Virus record (IMG/VR): IMGVR_UViG_3300037067_015211
Location: 128,001 to 192,000 of that record
Origin: a virus
Taxonomy: Duplodnaviria > Caudoviricetes
Reading direction: 5' to 3' (one strand)
DNA: 64,000 nt
Shown: positions 1 through 8,906 of the stretch, piece by piece
How positions within the stretch are numbered: position 1 is the stretch's first letter
How the letters are laid out: every line of letters begins with the position of its first letter
Notes under the pieces: generated by a model
Databases searched by the model: none
What the model was told of the DNA's origin: nothing
Seen by the model: only the letters and a program-made list of their open reading frames with translations
Made by a program: the position numbers and the translations under genes

Positions 1-354
1 AATGATTTCCTGTGAGCCAACTTTGCTCTCACCACCCGCATTTGATACTAAAAGGATACCATTATTTTTAATATCCCTGCCTCGTTTAATGGTAAATCCG
101 TTATCAAATTTTGTTTGCACAAACATTTCTTTTTCTTGGCCGTGAATCAAATCTTTTTCTTTGAGCATGCCGCGACAAATTCCGTGTATACAATATAGAA
201 TGGCGTCCACAAACGATGATTTACCACCCCTGTTGCTTCTCTCCTTATCGGATGCATATTCGCACACAACAGAATACACGGTAGGCTCTAGCTTGATTGT
301 AACTTCACCCTTAAAGGGCATGAAATTGCAGATTGTTATTTCACTTATAAACAT
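1..354 (-). CDS. sbcC: SbcC/Rad50/gp46-like ATPase, N-terminal part (runs off the window)
   Basis: Own translation from ATG at 354: MFISEITICNFMPFKGEVTIKL...RSNRGGKSSFVDAILYCIHG. This is the Rad50-type N-terminus with a Walker A (SNxGGKSS). Not in the ORF track. Confidence 0.85.
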   Translation of the reverse strand, partial: MFISEITICNFMPFKGEVTIKLEPTVYSVVCEYASDKERSNRGGKSSFVDAILYCIHGICRGMLKEKDLIHGQEKEMFVQTKFDNGFTIKRGRDIKNNGILLVSNAGGESKVGSQEII

Positions 355-400
355 TTATGCGCCTTTATTCAGTAGTATACGGTCATAACCGTATAAATGA

Positions 401-1291
401 CTATTTTACTCTATAAGTGGCATCAACAGTATTGCCGTCATCAAAATACTCTGAACTCTTTCTAAGGGCCACATTAATATCGTCCATCAAATCCTGCTTC
501 TGCTGGCCCGACAAATACCCGCAATCCCGTATGACCTCAAGGATTATTATAAGGTGGGATTCAAGGGTTTGTACAGTAATAACCTGTTTTATTTCCTTGG
601 TATATTTATGGTAAAGGTCTTCTGTTTTATTTAAAGTATCTACAGCCTTCATATATTGCGCAATTTTTCCCTCTGATTTTAACTTCTCGGCTAACCCATG
701 TAGCTGGCCGATACGATGAATTACAAAAGAATATTTGTCCACCAACTCCTTTACCGCATCGACAACCTGATGTTTACTGGTAAACAATCTTTGTAGAGTT
801 AAAGATGGTTGACGATATATGACAGTAAAAAAACTCTTGATATCCTCTTCTGTGATATATTCCGGATCCTCTTCGGACCACATTTTGTTTGGATCCATTT
901 GCTTCTGGCGTTTTACCATTAGCTTTCGATATTCGGATACAGGAATGGACTCCCCGTACATCATCCAAGCATGCACCAAATATCTGCTTAGACCTTTCTT
1001 TTCCACATTTGTTACGCTACCCCTGCCATCCTTGTTGGCGAGTACGACTTCAGAAATGCCCTCCAATTCTTCTCCAGTCAAATCGCCTAGATTATTTTCT
1101 CGGATATATTGGAGGGCGATTTCCATCCTCTCCGTATCTTTTTCCTGTACCTTCTGTTCGTACTGTTCCTTCTTCTCCGGCTCTATCAAATCATATTTGC
1201 CGTCAGATTTTGGGGTGATGCCAAAATTGACTTTCTTTTTTTTGGCATTATCTATCTTGTCTAGCGCAGAAGGTTTTTTCTTTCCCATCAC
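401..1291 (-). CDS. hypothetical protein, helical/coiled-coil C-terminus (weakly reminiscent of a small terminase)
   Basis: 296 aa ORF coupled to neighbours; no diagnostic motif. Confidence 0.6.
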   Translation of the reverse strand: MMGKKKPSALDKIDNAKKKKVNFGITPKSDGKYDLIEPEKKEQYEQKVQEKDTERMEIALQYIRENNLGDLTGEELEGISEVVLANKDGRGSVTNVEKKGLSRYLVHAWMMYGESIPVSEYRKLMVKRQKQMDPNKMWSEEDPEYITEEDIKSFFTVIYRQPSLTLQRLFTSKHQVVDAVKELVDKYSFVIHRIGQLHGLAEKLKSEGKIAQYMKAVDTLNKTEDLYHKYTKEIKQVITVQTLESHLIIILEVIRDCGYLSGQQKQDLMDDINVALRKSSEYFDDGNTVDATYRVK

Positions 1292-1737
1292 TCTACCACT
1301 TGTTCCTTACTCTCTTCAAGTAACGGTGCGCAATCTGCTTCCACAAAAATTGCTCTAATTGCTTTTTCTATCGCATCATCCAGCGGAAAATGAGAAACAC
1401 AACTTTGAGCAACAACCAAAATATCTGTCCCCACTAAACTACCATCTTCAATTGCCTTACGAGCCTTTTGAACATCATTACCATAAATTACCGCCAATGA
1501 TGTTTCTCGGGCCGACCTTACTTTTGACATTTTTTCAAATTGTACATCAGTATCTTCTCTATCATATGGAGCATTTTCCGACTCGCCAGTTTCAAATCTT
1601 CCAACCTTCTTCGCCTTGACGCCATATGTTTTTACATATTCTTGATGCTTAAACTTTTTGCTTAGACTATTGAAAATGCCTTTCAAAAACGATTTGTTTT
1701 CTTTTTGAAATTTTTGAATTCTCTCAATGTTGTCCAT
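1288..1737 (-). CDS. hypothetical protein
   Basis: 149 aa, AAGGA RBS, 4-nt overlap with the next gene. Confidence 0.7.
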   Translation of the reverse strand: MDNIERIQKFQKENKSFLKGIFNSLSKKFKHQEYVKTYGVKAKKVGRFETGESENAPYDREDTDVQFEKMSKVRSARETSLAVIYGNDVQKARKAIEDGSLVGTDILVVAQSCVSHFPLDDAIEKAIRAIFVEADCAPLLEESKEQVVE

Positions 1738-1763
1738 GACTTTTTCCTTATTCTACTACCTGT

Positions 1764-2156
1764 CTAGTCATTTAAAAATTCTTTTGTACGACCAGTCGCC
1801 ACCCCTTCCAATAATTCCACTACAGTAGAATCTACTTGGGCAACACAATGGGGGTGACAATTCTGATTAATCCACTGAATTAGTGGCTTGGCCGCCAAGA
1901 GCATAGAATCATGTTGTTTTTTTGTTAAACGTGTATCTTCTTGTTTTCCTTTTGTTTGACTCTCTAAATCCGCACAATGAAAACAAATAACGCCCTCTAA
2001 AATATCAATTGAAATAACTTCATGCATTTCCCCAGAATTATCTGGAAGCTGAAACCAAACTTCTTTGTTTGGTAATTTTTGTAAAATTGCTATTACATCT
2101 TCTTTGTCCATGACTTTTCTCCTTATTCTACAATCCAAACCCTTGCAATACATCAA
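1764..2156 (-). CDS. hypothetical protein (likely true start MDKEDV at ~2111)
   Basis: AAGGAG RBS upstream of the internal ATG. Confidence 0.65.
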   Translation of the reverse strand: MMYCKGLDCRIRRKVMDKEDVIAILQKLPNKEVWFQLPDNSGEMHEVISIDILEGVICFHCADLESQTKGKQEDTRLTKKQHDSMLLAAKPLIQWINQNCHPHCVAQVDSTVVELLEGVATGRTKEFLND

Positions 2157-2499
2157 TAAAACCCAACTCTTTTAATCTATCCTTAGATGCATTAATTTCT
2201 GGCTCAATAAGAGGAAAATGATTGTTTGTGGCAAGAATTCTCATTCCCCACAAATCACCCAAATAACCTTGTTCAAATGTTAAAACATCATTATTTTTTG
2301 CAAAATCATTTTCACCCCAATTGCTAAAAACAGCCTGATCTTCATCGCTTACAATAAAATTAATTGGTTTAATGTTTTTGTTCAATAGACAAACATACTT
2401 TTCTGCGATAAAATCTCTAATGCGCTTATTTCTCGTTTCGCCTTTTTCTAGTTCATTTTTTGTTTCTTCTTTTTGAAAAATTTCTTTTAACGTTGTCAT
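2128..2499 (-). CDS. stand-alone major-capsid A-domain-like protein; paralog of both halves of 14644-15513
   Basis: RNKRIRDFIAEK...NFIVSDED...NWGENDF...QGYLGDLWGMRI...EPEINASKDRLKELG aligns by eye with the C-terminal half of 14644-15513. Confidence 0.7.
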   Translation of the reverse strand: MTTLKEIFQKEETKNELEKGETRNKRIRDFIAEKYVCLLNKNIKPINFIVSDEDQAVFSNWGENDFAKNNDVLTFEQGYLGDLWGMRILATNNHFPLIEPEINASKDRLKELGFIDVLQGFGL

Positions 2500-2518
2500 T
2501 TTTTTCTCCTTTTTTATT

Positions 2519-2965
2519 TTATTCTACAATCCAAATACCTTCGGACTTGCAATTTTGTTTGAACGTTTCCTCAAAATGATCCGCAACAGAAAAGAAATCG
2601 CAACTCGTAATCGGCACATAAATAGTCCGAACATCCTCTCCCAATTCAGCGGTCGAATTATGTTTGATGTTTTCACATGTTTCAACAACAAACATTTTGC
2701 CCATAGCAGTAGGCTGGACAATAATAAGCGGGGGTGCCATGCGGATACATCGTACAGAGTCATTGTCCAGCGCGTTACGAACAGACGGAGATGTGGACCA
2801 TCCATAATACTGGAAGCTACGATTACGGATCATAACCACAAAAGCATTCTTGGGCTTTTTAACTATAATCCCGCCCATCTCCTTAAACTGTTCCATGTCA
2901 TTAATCGCAGAAAAGTCAATCTTCTCGTCCTGCTGGTCTTCCACGGCTTTCTTAAACTTAGGCAT
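2519..2965 (-). CDS. hypothetical protein
   Basis: 148 aa, GGAGG RBS, overlaps the upstream stop. Confidence 0.7.
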   Translation of the reverse strand: MPKFKKAVEDQQDEKIDFSAINDMEQFKEMGGIIVKKPKNAFVVMIRNRSFQYYGWSTSPSVRNALDNDSVRCIRMAPPLIIVQPTAMGKMFVVETCENIKHNSTAELGEDVRTIYVPITSCDFFSVADHFEETFKQNCKSEGIWIVE

Positions 2966-3398
2966 TTAATACCTCCTTTAAAATAATTTCCATCAATTGT
3001 TGTTTGTCTTGTCTACCCGAAGATTCCAAAAACTTCTCTATCGCCTCTTTGTCCGATAGTTCAGCTTTTATTTCCTCATTTCTCTTCGGTCTCTCCTGTA
3101 CAACGATAGGCGTTATTTCATTGCAATGATATGACTCCTTAAAACAACTTTTCAAATAATCGAAATCAATTCCATGTAACTGTTCTCCACTTACCTTAAT
3201 GTTGCATTTTACTATTTTATCCTTAAAATTACCGGCTTTCAAGCTTTTATAGGTTTCTTTTGCTTTCTCGGGATCAATAATAAAATTCAAGTCTACAACT
3301 ACAAATTGTTTGTTCTGCACCGACAAATAAGAATAATCTTTAACTTCTTCAGGTGTTGCATTTCGTAGATTAATGTGTGTCGCCGCTTTTTTAAACAT
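2958..3398 (-). CDS. probable SbcD/Mre11 C-terminal (capping) domain encoded as a separate gene
   Basis: Follows the SbcD catalytic ORF; KDKIVKCNIKVS...LSDKEAIEKFLES resembles gp47/SbcD C-termini; own GAGG RBS. Confidence 0.6.
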   Translation of the reverse strand: MFKKAATHINLRNATPEEVKDYSYLSVQNKQFVVVDLNFIIDPEKAKETYKSLKAGNFKDKIVKCNIKVSGEQLHGIDFDYLKSCFKESYHCNEITPIVVQERPKRNEEIKAELSDKEAIEKFLESSGRQDKQQLMEIILKEVLNA

Positions 3399-4128
3399 TT
3401 AAGACCTCTGCATATTCATACAATATTACACCCTTCTTATCATTCACTTCAGAGGCATCCACGTATACAGGAGCACCTACAATCGTCACCTTGCCAATGT
3501 CCTGATGCTTGTGAATATGGCCGCAAAATACTTTGACCACATTTTTATCGTTAATGATCGCCCTTGGCAATGTAAATCCATGATTTGCCAACATGGTATC
3601 TTCCGTACCGGCTACTGCGCCTTCTATTTCAGTGTGGGCAAATACAATGATTTGCTTGTTTTTATCTCGCTCTTGCCATTTTGCCAACGTTACGTCCGCT
3701 GGTTTTTGCCCATCATATTTGGCTTCGCTAATGTGTGGGACAAAAAAGAAATCACATGTTCTTGTGGGTAAAATCCCCGGTTCATCTACTATACAAACAT
3801 ACTCATACAAAATTTCTTGCACCACCGATAAAGTATGATTATGTTCTTCTTCTTCATCTTTTCTGGAAATCTCGTCATGATTCCCAACCAAGAAGAAAGA
3901 CTGTATTTTAGCATCATCTAATGTATTGCAAAGCGTAATAAACTCCTTCACTCTTTTCTGGTGTGTAATCACATTTCTATGATACACGTCTCCGCAATGA
4001 ATGAAGTAGTCCACTTTATTCTGAATGGCAATGTCTACGATATTATTGCATGTGTCAATAATATCGTTACGCTTCAAATTACCGCTAGTTAAATACCAAT
4101 GCCAGTCAGATGTTATTAGAAGTTTCAT
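3391..4128 (-). CDS. sbcD: SbcD/Mre11/gp47-like metallophosphoesterase nuclease (catalytic domain)
   Basis: All five motifs present: SDWH, GDVYH, GNHD, FAH, GHIH. Confidence 0.88.
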   Translation of the reverse strand: MKLLITSDWHWYLTSGNLKRNDIIDTCNNIVDIAIQNKVDYFIHCGDVYHRNVITHQKRVKEFITLCNTLDDAKIQSFFLVGNHDEISRKDEEEEHNHTLSVVQEILYEYVCIVDEPGILPTRTCDFFFVPHISEAKYDGQKPADVTLAKWQERDKNKQIIVFAHTEIEGAVAGTEDTMLANHGFTLPRAIINDKNVVKVFCGHIHKHQDIGKVTIVGAPVYVDASEVNDKKGVILYEYAEVLNV

Positions 4129-4143
4129 TTACTCTTTCTAATA

Positions 4144-4356
4144 TTATTTTTCAGAAAGCGACTCTTCTTTGAATCTACATTCTTCAAGTCTTAAAAAACA
4201 CATATGCCCATTTTTATTGGCATGCCTTTTCAAGTCTCGCCTAAACAATAAACACATATTATGTTGTCCAAGATTAAATTCACTGGGATAAAAAGTACAC
4301 TTTTTATCACACACAAAAAATTCTTCATTTCGATAATTTACCTTTGCCTCATACAT
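4144..4356 (-). CDS. small Cys-containing hypothetical protein
   Basis: 70 aa, overlaps the upstream gene end. Confidence 0.55.
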   Translation of the reverse strand: MYEAKVNYRNEEFFVCDKKCTFYPSEFNLGQHNMCLLFRRDLKRHANKNGHMCFLRLEECRFKEESLSEK

Positions 4357-4621
4357 CTTTTTTCCTTTCCCGATAATTCTTTTCCAAATTCATCCACATT
4401 TTAGCGGAAACATTTGTCAATTGTTCCAATCGTTCCGCAAATTCTTGCGTAATCAATAACTCGCCACTGACAAACTCGTTTAATTGTTTGCCAGATAAAC
4501 CCAAATATTTGCAAATATATTCTTTTAACCAACCGTATTCTTCCCATATTTCATAGAATGTTTCTCCCGGGGCAACTGCATAATCGGGTTTATATTCAAA
4601 CCTCTTTTTCTTCTTCGGCAT
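4349..4621 (-). CDS. HigA-family HTH antitoxin-like regulator
   Basis: YKPDYAVAPGET...LGLSGKQLNEFVSG...ITQEFAERLE...AKMWMNLEKNY, typical HigA pattern. Confidence 0.8.
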   Translation of the reverse strand: MPKKKKRFEYKPDYAVAPGETFYEIWEEYGWLKEYICKYLGLSGKQLNEFVSGELLITQEFAERLEQLTNVSAKMWMNLEKNYRERKKDV

Positions 4622-5840
4622 CCTTAGTCACTTTCGGCATTCTCTTCTTTTCCTTCAGCGTACCACTCTCGTCTTCTACCAAATCAGGAGGCAATTCATC
4701 GGGGCCAATATCCTTGCCATCGTCCTCTTGAGTATAGCAACTATTTGCGGTCGATTTTTCCCAATACTTTTCGATCTCTTCCGCTATCTTCTGCATAGCC
4801 TCTGGATTTTCGTTCAGCCATTTCCTAAGCCGCTTCTCGCCATCCCACTTTTGATCTTCCCCCAACAGCTTACAAAAATGAGCAGAACCAGAATTGGTAA
4901 TGATACCCTGAATCTTTGCCTCTCTTACAATCGTCCTAGCCGCATCGTAACCAGCTTTAGGCTCATCCTCACCACGACCAGTACAAGTATAGAAGTAGGC
5001 AACCTCATTGTCAACACCAATCTTGCTCTTCATCACAATCATTTGGTGCTCTTTGCCTAGCCGCACTTTATTATCATCACCCTGTTTAATATTGCCACTC
5101 CACGTTACTCGAATTCGCAAAGAATTATCAAACTGCAAAGAATTTCCACCAGCCAGTTTCCATTTAGGCTCGTATAGGCTGGCCCCAATATTTACCACTT
5201 CTTGTTGAAGAACAATAAAAGCAACATTATGTTTGCCAATAAATGGTGTTAGCTTGTCCAGCCATTGAGAAATGAGTCTGGCCTGATTGGCCATTCTCTC
5301 TTCTTTAATCTTCATGTCCCTATCAATACCCTTTTCACACTTTTTGCCAATCACAGACTCTTCTGGAATCAGCTTTTTTAGAGTATCGACAATAACACAA
5401 AGCCAATTGTTCTCCTGCCAATCCGCTGGCATTGCCGCATACTTATTAAATACCTTATCGACCTTTATTGCACAATCTTCTAGCGTATCTGGCCGAATTA
5501 CAAACAACTTCTCAATATCTACGCCAAGAGCAACAGGCCAATCCTGCTCCAAAGTGTGCTCGGCATCCACATAGGCAACCATATGGCCTTGTTGCTGAAA
5601 ATCCTTGGCCAGTATAAGGGCCAATGCAGACTTTCCAGCCGCATTAGGCCCATGAATACATGCCATACGACTAAGGGGAAATCCACACAACGGCCCCAAA
5701 GCCCTATTTAGAGAAGGAACAGAAGTTTTAAGCACCTTGAATTTTGGAATATCGTGCAAAAAGTTTGTGCCCTTAATCTCTTTTACACAATTTGCCAAAA
5801 AATCTACCGTACCAGCAATATCGCGCTTTCGCTTGCCCAT
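4596..5840 (-). CDS. recA: RecA/UvsX recombinase
   Basis: GPNAAGKS Walker A, VAYVDAEH, LGVDIEKL, IVDT, QARLISQWL, GGNSLQF. Confidence 0.93.
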   Translation of the reverse strand: MGKRKRDIAGTVDFLANCVKEIKGTNFLHDIPKFKVLKTSVPSLNRALGPLCGFPLSRMACIHGPNAAGKSALALILAKDFQQQGHMVAYVDAEHTLEQDWPVALGVDIEKLFVIRPDTLEDCAIKVDKVFNKYAAMPADWQENNWLCVIVDTLKKLIPEESVIGKKCEKGIDRDMKIKEERMANQARLISQWLDKLTPFIGKHNVAFIVLQQEVVNIGASLYEPKWKLAGGNSLQFDNSLRIRVTWSGNIKQGDDNKVRLGKEHQMIVMKSKIGVDNEVAYFYTCTGRGEDEPKAGYDAARTIVREAKIQGIITNSGSAHFCKLLGEDQKWDGEKRLRKWLNENPEAMQKIAEEIEKYWEKSTANSCYTQEDDGKDIGPDELPPDLVEDESGTLKEKKRMPKVTKDAEEEKEV

Positions 5841-5853
5841 TTATTTGCATCCT

Positions 5854-7440
5854 TTAGAATGGAATATCAGTAATTTCTGCACCACACGAAGAACACTCGG
5901 TGTCCGTAATCCGATTTTCGGCCCCACATTCTGAACATGTTACAATTTCATCATTTTCTTCTTTTTTCGGTGTTGCCTCAGCCTCTTTTTTCTTGCCAAA
6001 AAGCTTCTTTCCCTCTGCCTTGGCTTCTGTCTTAGCCTCTGGCTGTGCCGCTGCCGCTTCTTGCTTGGCTCCACATTCCGGACAAAACTTTGCGCCCTTT
6101 ACGTCTACTCCACACTTAATACACCCAGTTGCCTGAACTTGCTTTTCTACTCTCTTTGCCCCACACTCTGGACAAAACTTTGCCCCGCCCATGTCCTTAC
6201 CACACTGAACACAAGCATCATCGCTAGACCCCTGTACCGCCTGTTCCTTCTCTACGGCCTTCTCGGCGGGTTTCTCGGCAAACTCATCTGTGTCCTCATC
6301 ATAAGATGCACCACTATCCTTGGCATCTGCCTTAGGTCTCTTGGCAACGCCAATGGCAATTCTAAGTTCTTCGTCACCACCATCAAATACCGTTTTATCG
6401 GTAATGGCAAGAGCGTCCCAAATACCCTTGTCTACAAGAGCATCCTTTACCAGCCGATTCAAATATTTTGGCGCAATCGGACGAATAAACTTAATGGTTT
6501 CCAACTCTTCATCAATGGCTTGCAAAGCCGTAGCAGAAGGCTTTTCCTTTACACGACGTTCCACACCGTACTTCTTTTGTGGATTTCGTTCTGCTTCATT
6601 GTACTTCAAAATATAAAGATGTGGATTCTTATCCGGATCTCCTTCTTCTCCCAACTCGACCTTTCCCTTTTCCACCATCTCAAAAATATCACAGCCCAAC
6701 TTGTAAGGAAGCCTTACAAGTTTAAGCTTAGACTCTTCTCGCAAATCCACCACCGGGAAAAGCCATTCGTGTATTTTATACTCTTCTCCAGACGGTTTAC
6801 CAATATTATGCTTGTAGGAATTCTTCTTGTCATCAGGGTCTACCCATGTGCCAAGAATTTGAACCTTGGTATACCGTTGAAACAACTTCTTATCGCCACT
6901 GTAATAAGGCACTTGCAAAACAACTTCATCATCTGCAATTTCAGAAGAAGACGCCAAATATCTGTATAACTGTGTGTAAGCACAATTAGCACCATCAGGC
7001 ACGTTATACGTGTTTGTCAAATCAGTGCTGGGGTGACAAAATGTTTGCACCATTACGAAATCAAATGTGCCGCCGCCCTTTTCTTTCTTCTTCTCACCAA
7101 ATACACGTACTGGAAATTTTACCGTCCAATACTTTTGGATATCCGAATTTCTTCCAAAGTAAACTCGTAATTCACCCTTGGCCTTAAAATCCGTTATCAT
7201 TCTTCCACCAAGATTCGACTTCACATCATCCTGATAACCATCAACTGCTTGTCCAAACTTTCTGCCCATTACATTTTCTCCTTTATTTTGTTTAGTGTAT
7301 TCTACTATCCAATTTTTACTTTTGCAATAGTTAATTACTTTTTTTTCATCCCAACCAATCATATATTTTATGATCGGAGCCGCTATATTACTTTCTAAAT
7401 CTATCCCAGCTACAAAATGATTTGCAGTTATTCTAAGCAT
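5854..7440 (-). CDS. probable phage ssDNA-binding protein with three C-terminal Zn ribbons and an SSB-like DIPF tail; strong internal start at 7269
   Basis: Between RecA and a UvsY-like gene; C-terminus ...EITDIPF; CxxC...CPEC repeats; AAAGGAG RBS before MGRKFG (7269). Confidence 0.65.
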   Translation of the reverse strand: MLRITANHFVAGIDLESNIAAPIIKYMIGWDEKKVINYCKSKNWIVEYTKQNKGENVMGRKFGQAVDGYQDDVKSNLGGRMITDFKAKGELRVYFGRNSDIQKYWTVKFPVRVFGEKKKEKGGGTFDFVMVQTFCHPSTDLTNTYNVPDGANCAYTQLYRYLASSSEIADDEVVLQVPYYSGDKKLFQRYTKVQILGTWVDPDDKKNSYKHNIGKPSGEEYKIHEWLFPVVDLREESKLKLVRLPYKLGCDIFEMVEKGKVELGEEGDPDKNPHLYILKYNEAERNPQKKYGVERRVKEKPSATALQAIDEELETIKFIRPIAPKYLNRLVKDALVDKGIWDALAITDKTVFDGGDEELRIAIGVAKRPKADAKDSGASYDEDTDEFAEKPAEKAVEKEQAVQGSSDDACVQCGKDMGGAKFCPECGAKRVEKQVQATGCIKCGVDVKGAKFCPECGAKQEAAAAQPEAKTEAKAEGKKLFGKKKEAEATPKKEENDEIVTCSECGAENRITDTECSSCGAEITDIPF

Positions 7441-7985
7441 TATTCAAAATTTCTGATTCGCTCTCGCAAATTAAATTCTCTTGCTGTTAAATTCTTCCAC
7501 AATTCCTCAAATAATCCACGATATTCCTTTAGCCGTATTGTCTTGTTTTCTATCTCCCAATACTCCGTACCCTTCTCCGCGCACAACCATTGAGTAAATT
7601 TTTCCTGATATGCACTCCAATTCTTGCTAGGACTCATGTGCGTTATCTCTTCAAACTCTTTGCCCCAATGCCAAAGCCTCTTATTACACTCGAATCTATG
7701 CTTTTCTCGCTCCCGACAAGCCACTATGTATATCTTGTATGCATCCTGTTTGGCCTTGCTAATATAGGACAATTGTGCCATTACTCCATGCTTATCCAAA
7801 TAAGCAAAATCTACTTCTAGCGCGGATTTTAAAGCCTCAAAATCCACTTGTAGCTGAGCCACTTGTAGTTCACGCTCAACCTGCTCATATGTACAGGAAA
7901 GAAACGGCTTATCCTCTACGGTTTCTTTCCTGACAACACTATCCTTTTCTTTTGAATAGTAGTTTGCCGCTTTTTTGAACTGCAT
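7440..7985 (-). CDS. UvsY-like coiled-coil recombination mediator (tentative)
   Basis: Likely start MQFKKAANYY at 7985; helical; adjacent to SSB and RecA. Confidence 0.4.
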   Translation of the reverse strand: MQFKKAANYYSKEKDSVVRKETVEDKPFLSCTYEQVERELQVAQLQVDFEALKSALEVDFAYLDKHGVMAQLSYISKAKQDAYKIYIVACREREKHRFECNKRLWHWGKEFEEITHMSPSKNWSAYQEKFTQWLCAEKGTEYWEIENKTIRLKEYRGLFEELWKNLTAREFNLRERIRNFE

Positions 7986-8871
7986 TACTATTCCTATAAA
8001 TAAAATCGCCCCTAGCCTGACTGTAGGCTTTCTTGTCCTGCCAATCAATATCATCTCTTAAAAACTCGCTTGCCCTTGCCTCAATTTCATCTGCGTAGGA
8101 TACAATATCAGCTTCAAATGTCTTTGGCGTAGTAACCGCACCCCATTCTGGTTTGTGCATATGAGAAGCAATTACGTGCAACAACTCCAAATATTTGTAT
8201 TTCAATTTCATTTGATAGCTACCAATAATCATACACGCAAACAATGGATGCCCAATTAATTTCTCATGTTCATTGTAGTCTATTGTACCATCTTGGCAAT
8301 CGTATGTAAACATTTTTCCGATATCGTGCAATAAAGAACCCACAATAATCAGGTCCATGCTAAATTTATTGCCGTCCATCAAACCAAATTGTTGCGCCAA
8401 CGAAACAGAAAAGGCACAAACTCTAACAGAATGTTCAAACAACCCGCCTAAATATGCACCATGCATAACCTTTGATGCTGGCCAGTTCATGAATTTTTCG
8501 CCATGATCGGCAATAAAAGCAGACATCAAGTCCACATATTTTTTTACAGTAATTTGAGAAACAAAACCATCAAACATTCCTTTGTACATCACCCTCTTTT
8601 CTTCCGGTAATGAAGGAAGAAATAACGATCTGTCTATTTTTTCTTCGACCAACTTATAGTCAAGCACCACGTATGAAGGTCGTCCATTGTAATCGTCTGC
8701 GATTAAATTCACATCAATTATTTGATGATTTTTTACCGACAAGTCTTTTTTGTCCGTATCCCAAAGCTTTGCATTTATTTTCTTGCGCTCTTCGGTAAAT
8801 AGATCGAGCACCACGTATGGTTTACCATTCTTGGTAGTATTCGATAAAATATTATTAATGATTGCCAGCAT
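7939..8871 (-). CDS. YhaM/Cbf1-like OB-fold + HD-domain 3'-5' exonuclease
   Basis: N-terminal OB (TKNGKPY...AKLWD), HGAYLGGLFEHS, LLHDIGK, GH, IASH, PKTFEA..YAD. Confidence 0.88.
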   Translation of the reverse strand: MLAIINNILSNTTKNGKPYVVLDLFTEERKKINAKLWDTDKKDLSVKNHQIIDVNLIADDYNGRPSYVVLDYKLVEEKIDRSLFLPSLPEEKRVMYKGMFDGFVSQITVKKYVDLMSAFIADHGEKFMNWPASKVMHGAYLGGLFEHSVRVCAFSVSLAQQFGLMDGNKFSMDLIIVGSLLHDIGKMFTYDCQDGTIDYNEHEKLIGHPLFACMIIGSYQMKLKYKYLELLHVIASHMHKPEWGAVTTPKTFEADIVSYADEIEARASEFLRDDIDWQDKKAYSQARGDFIYRNSNAVQKSGKLLFKRKG

Positions 8872-8906
8872 GTCGTTCCTCGACTTATGTGTACAATTCT
8901 ACCAAA

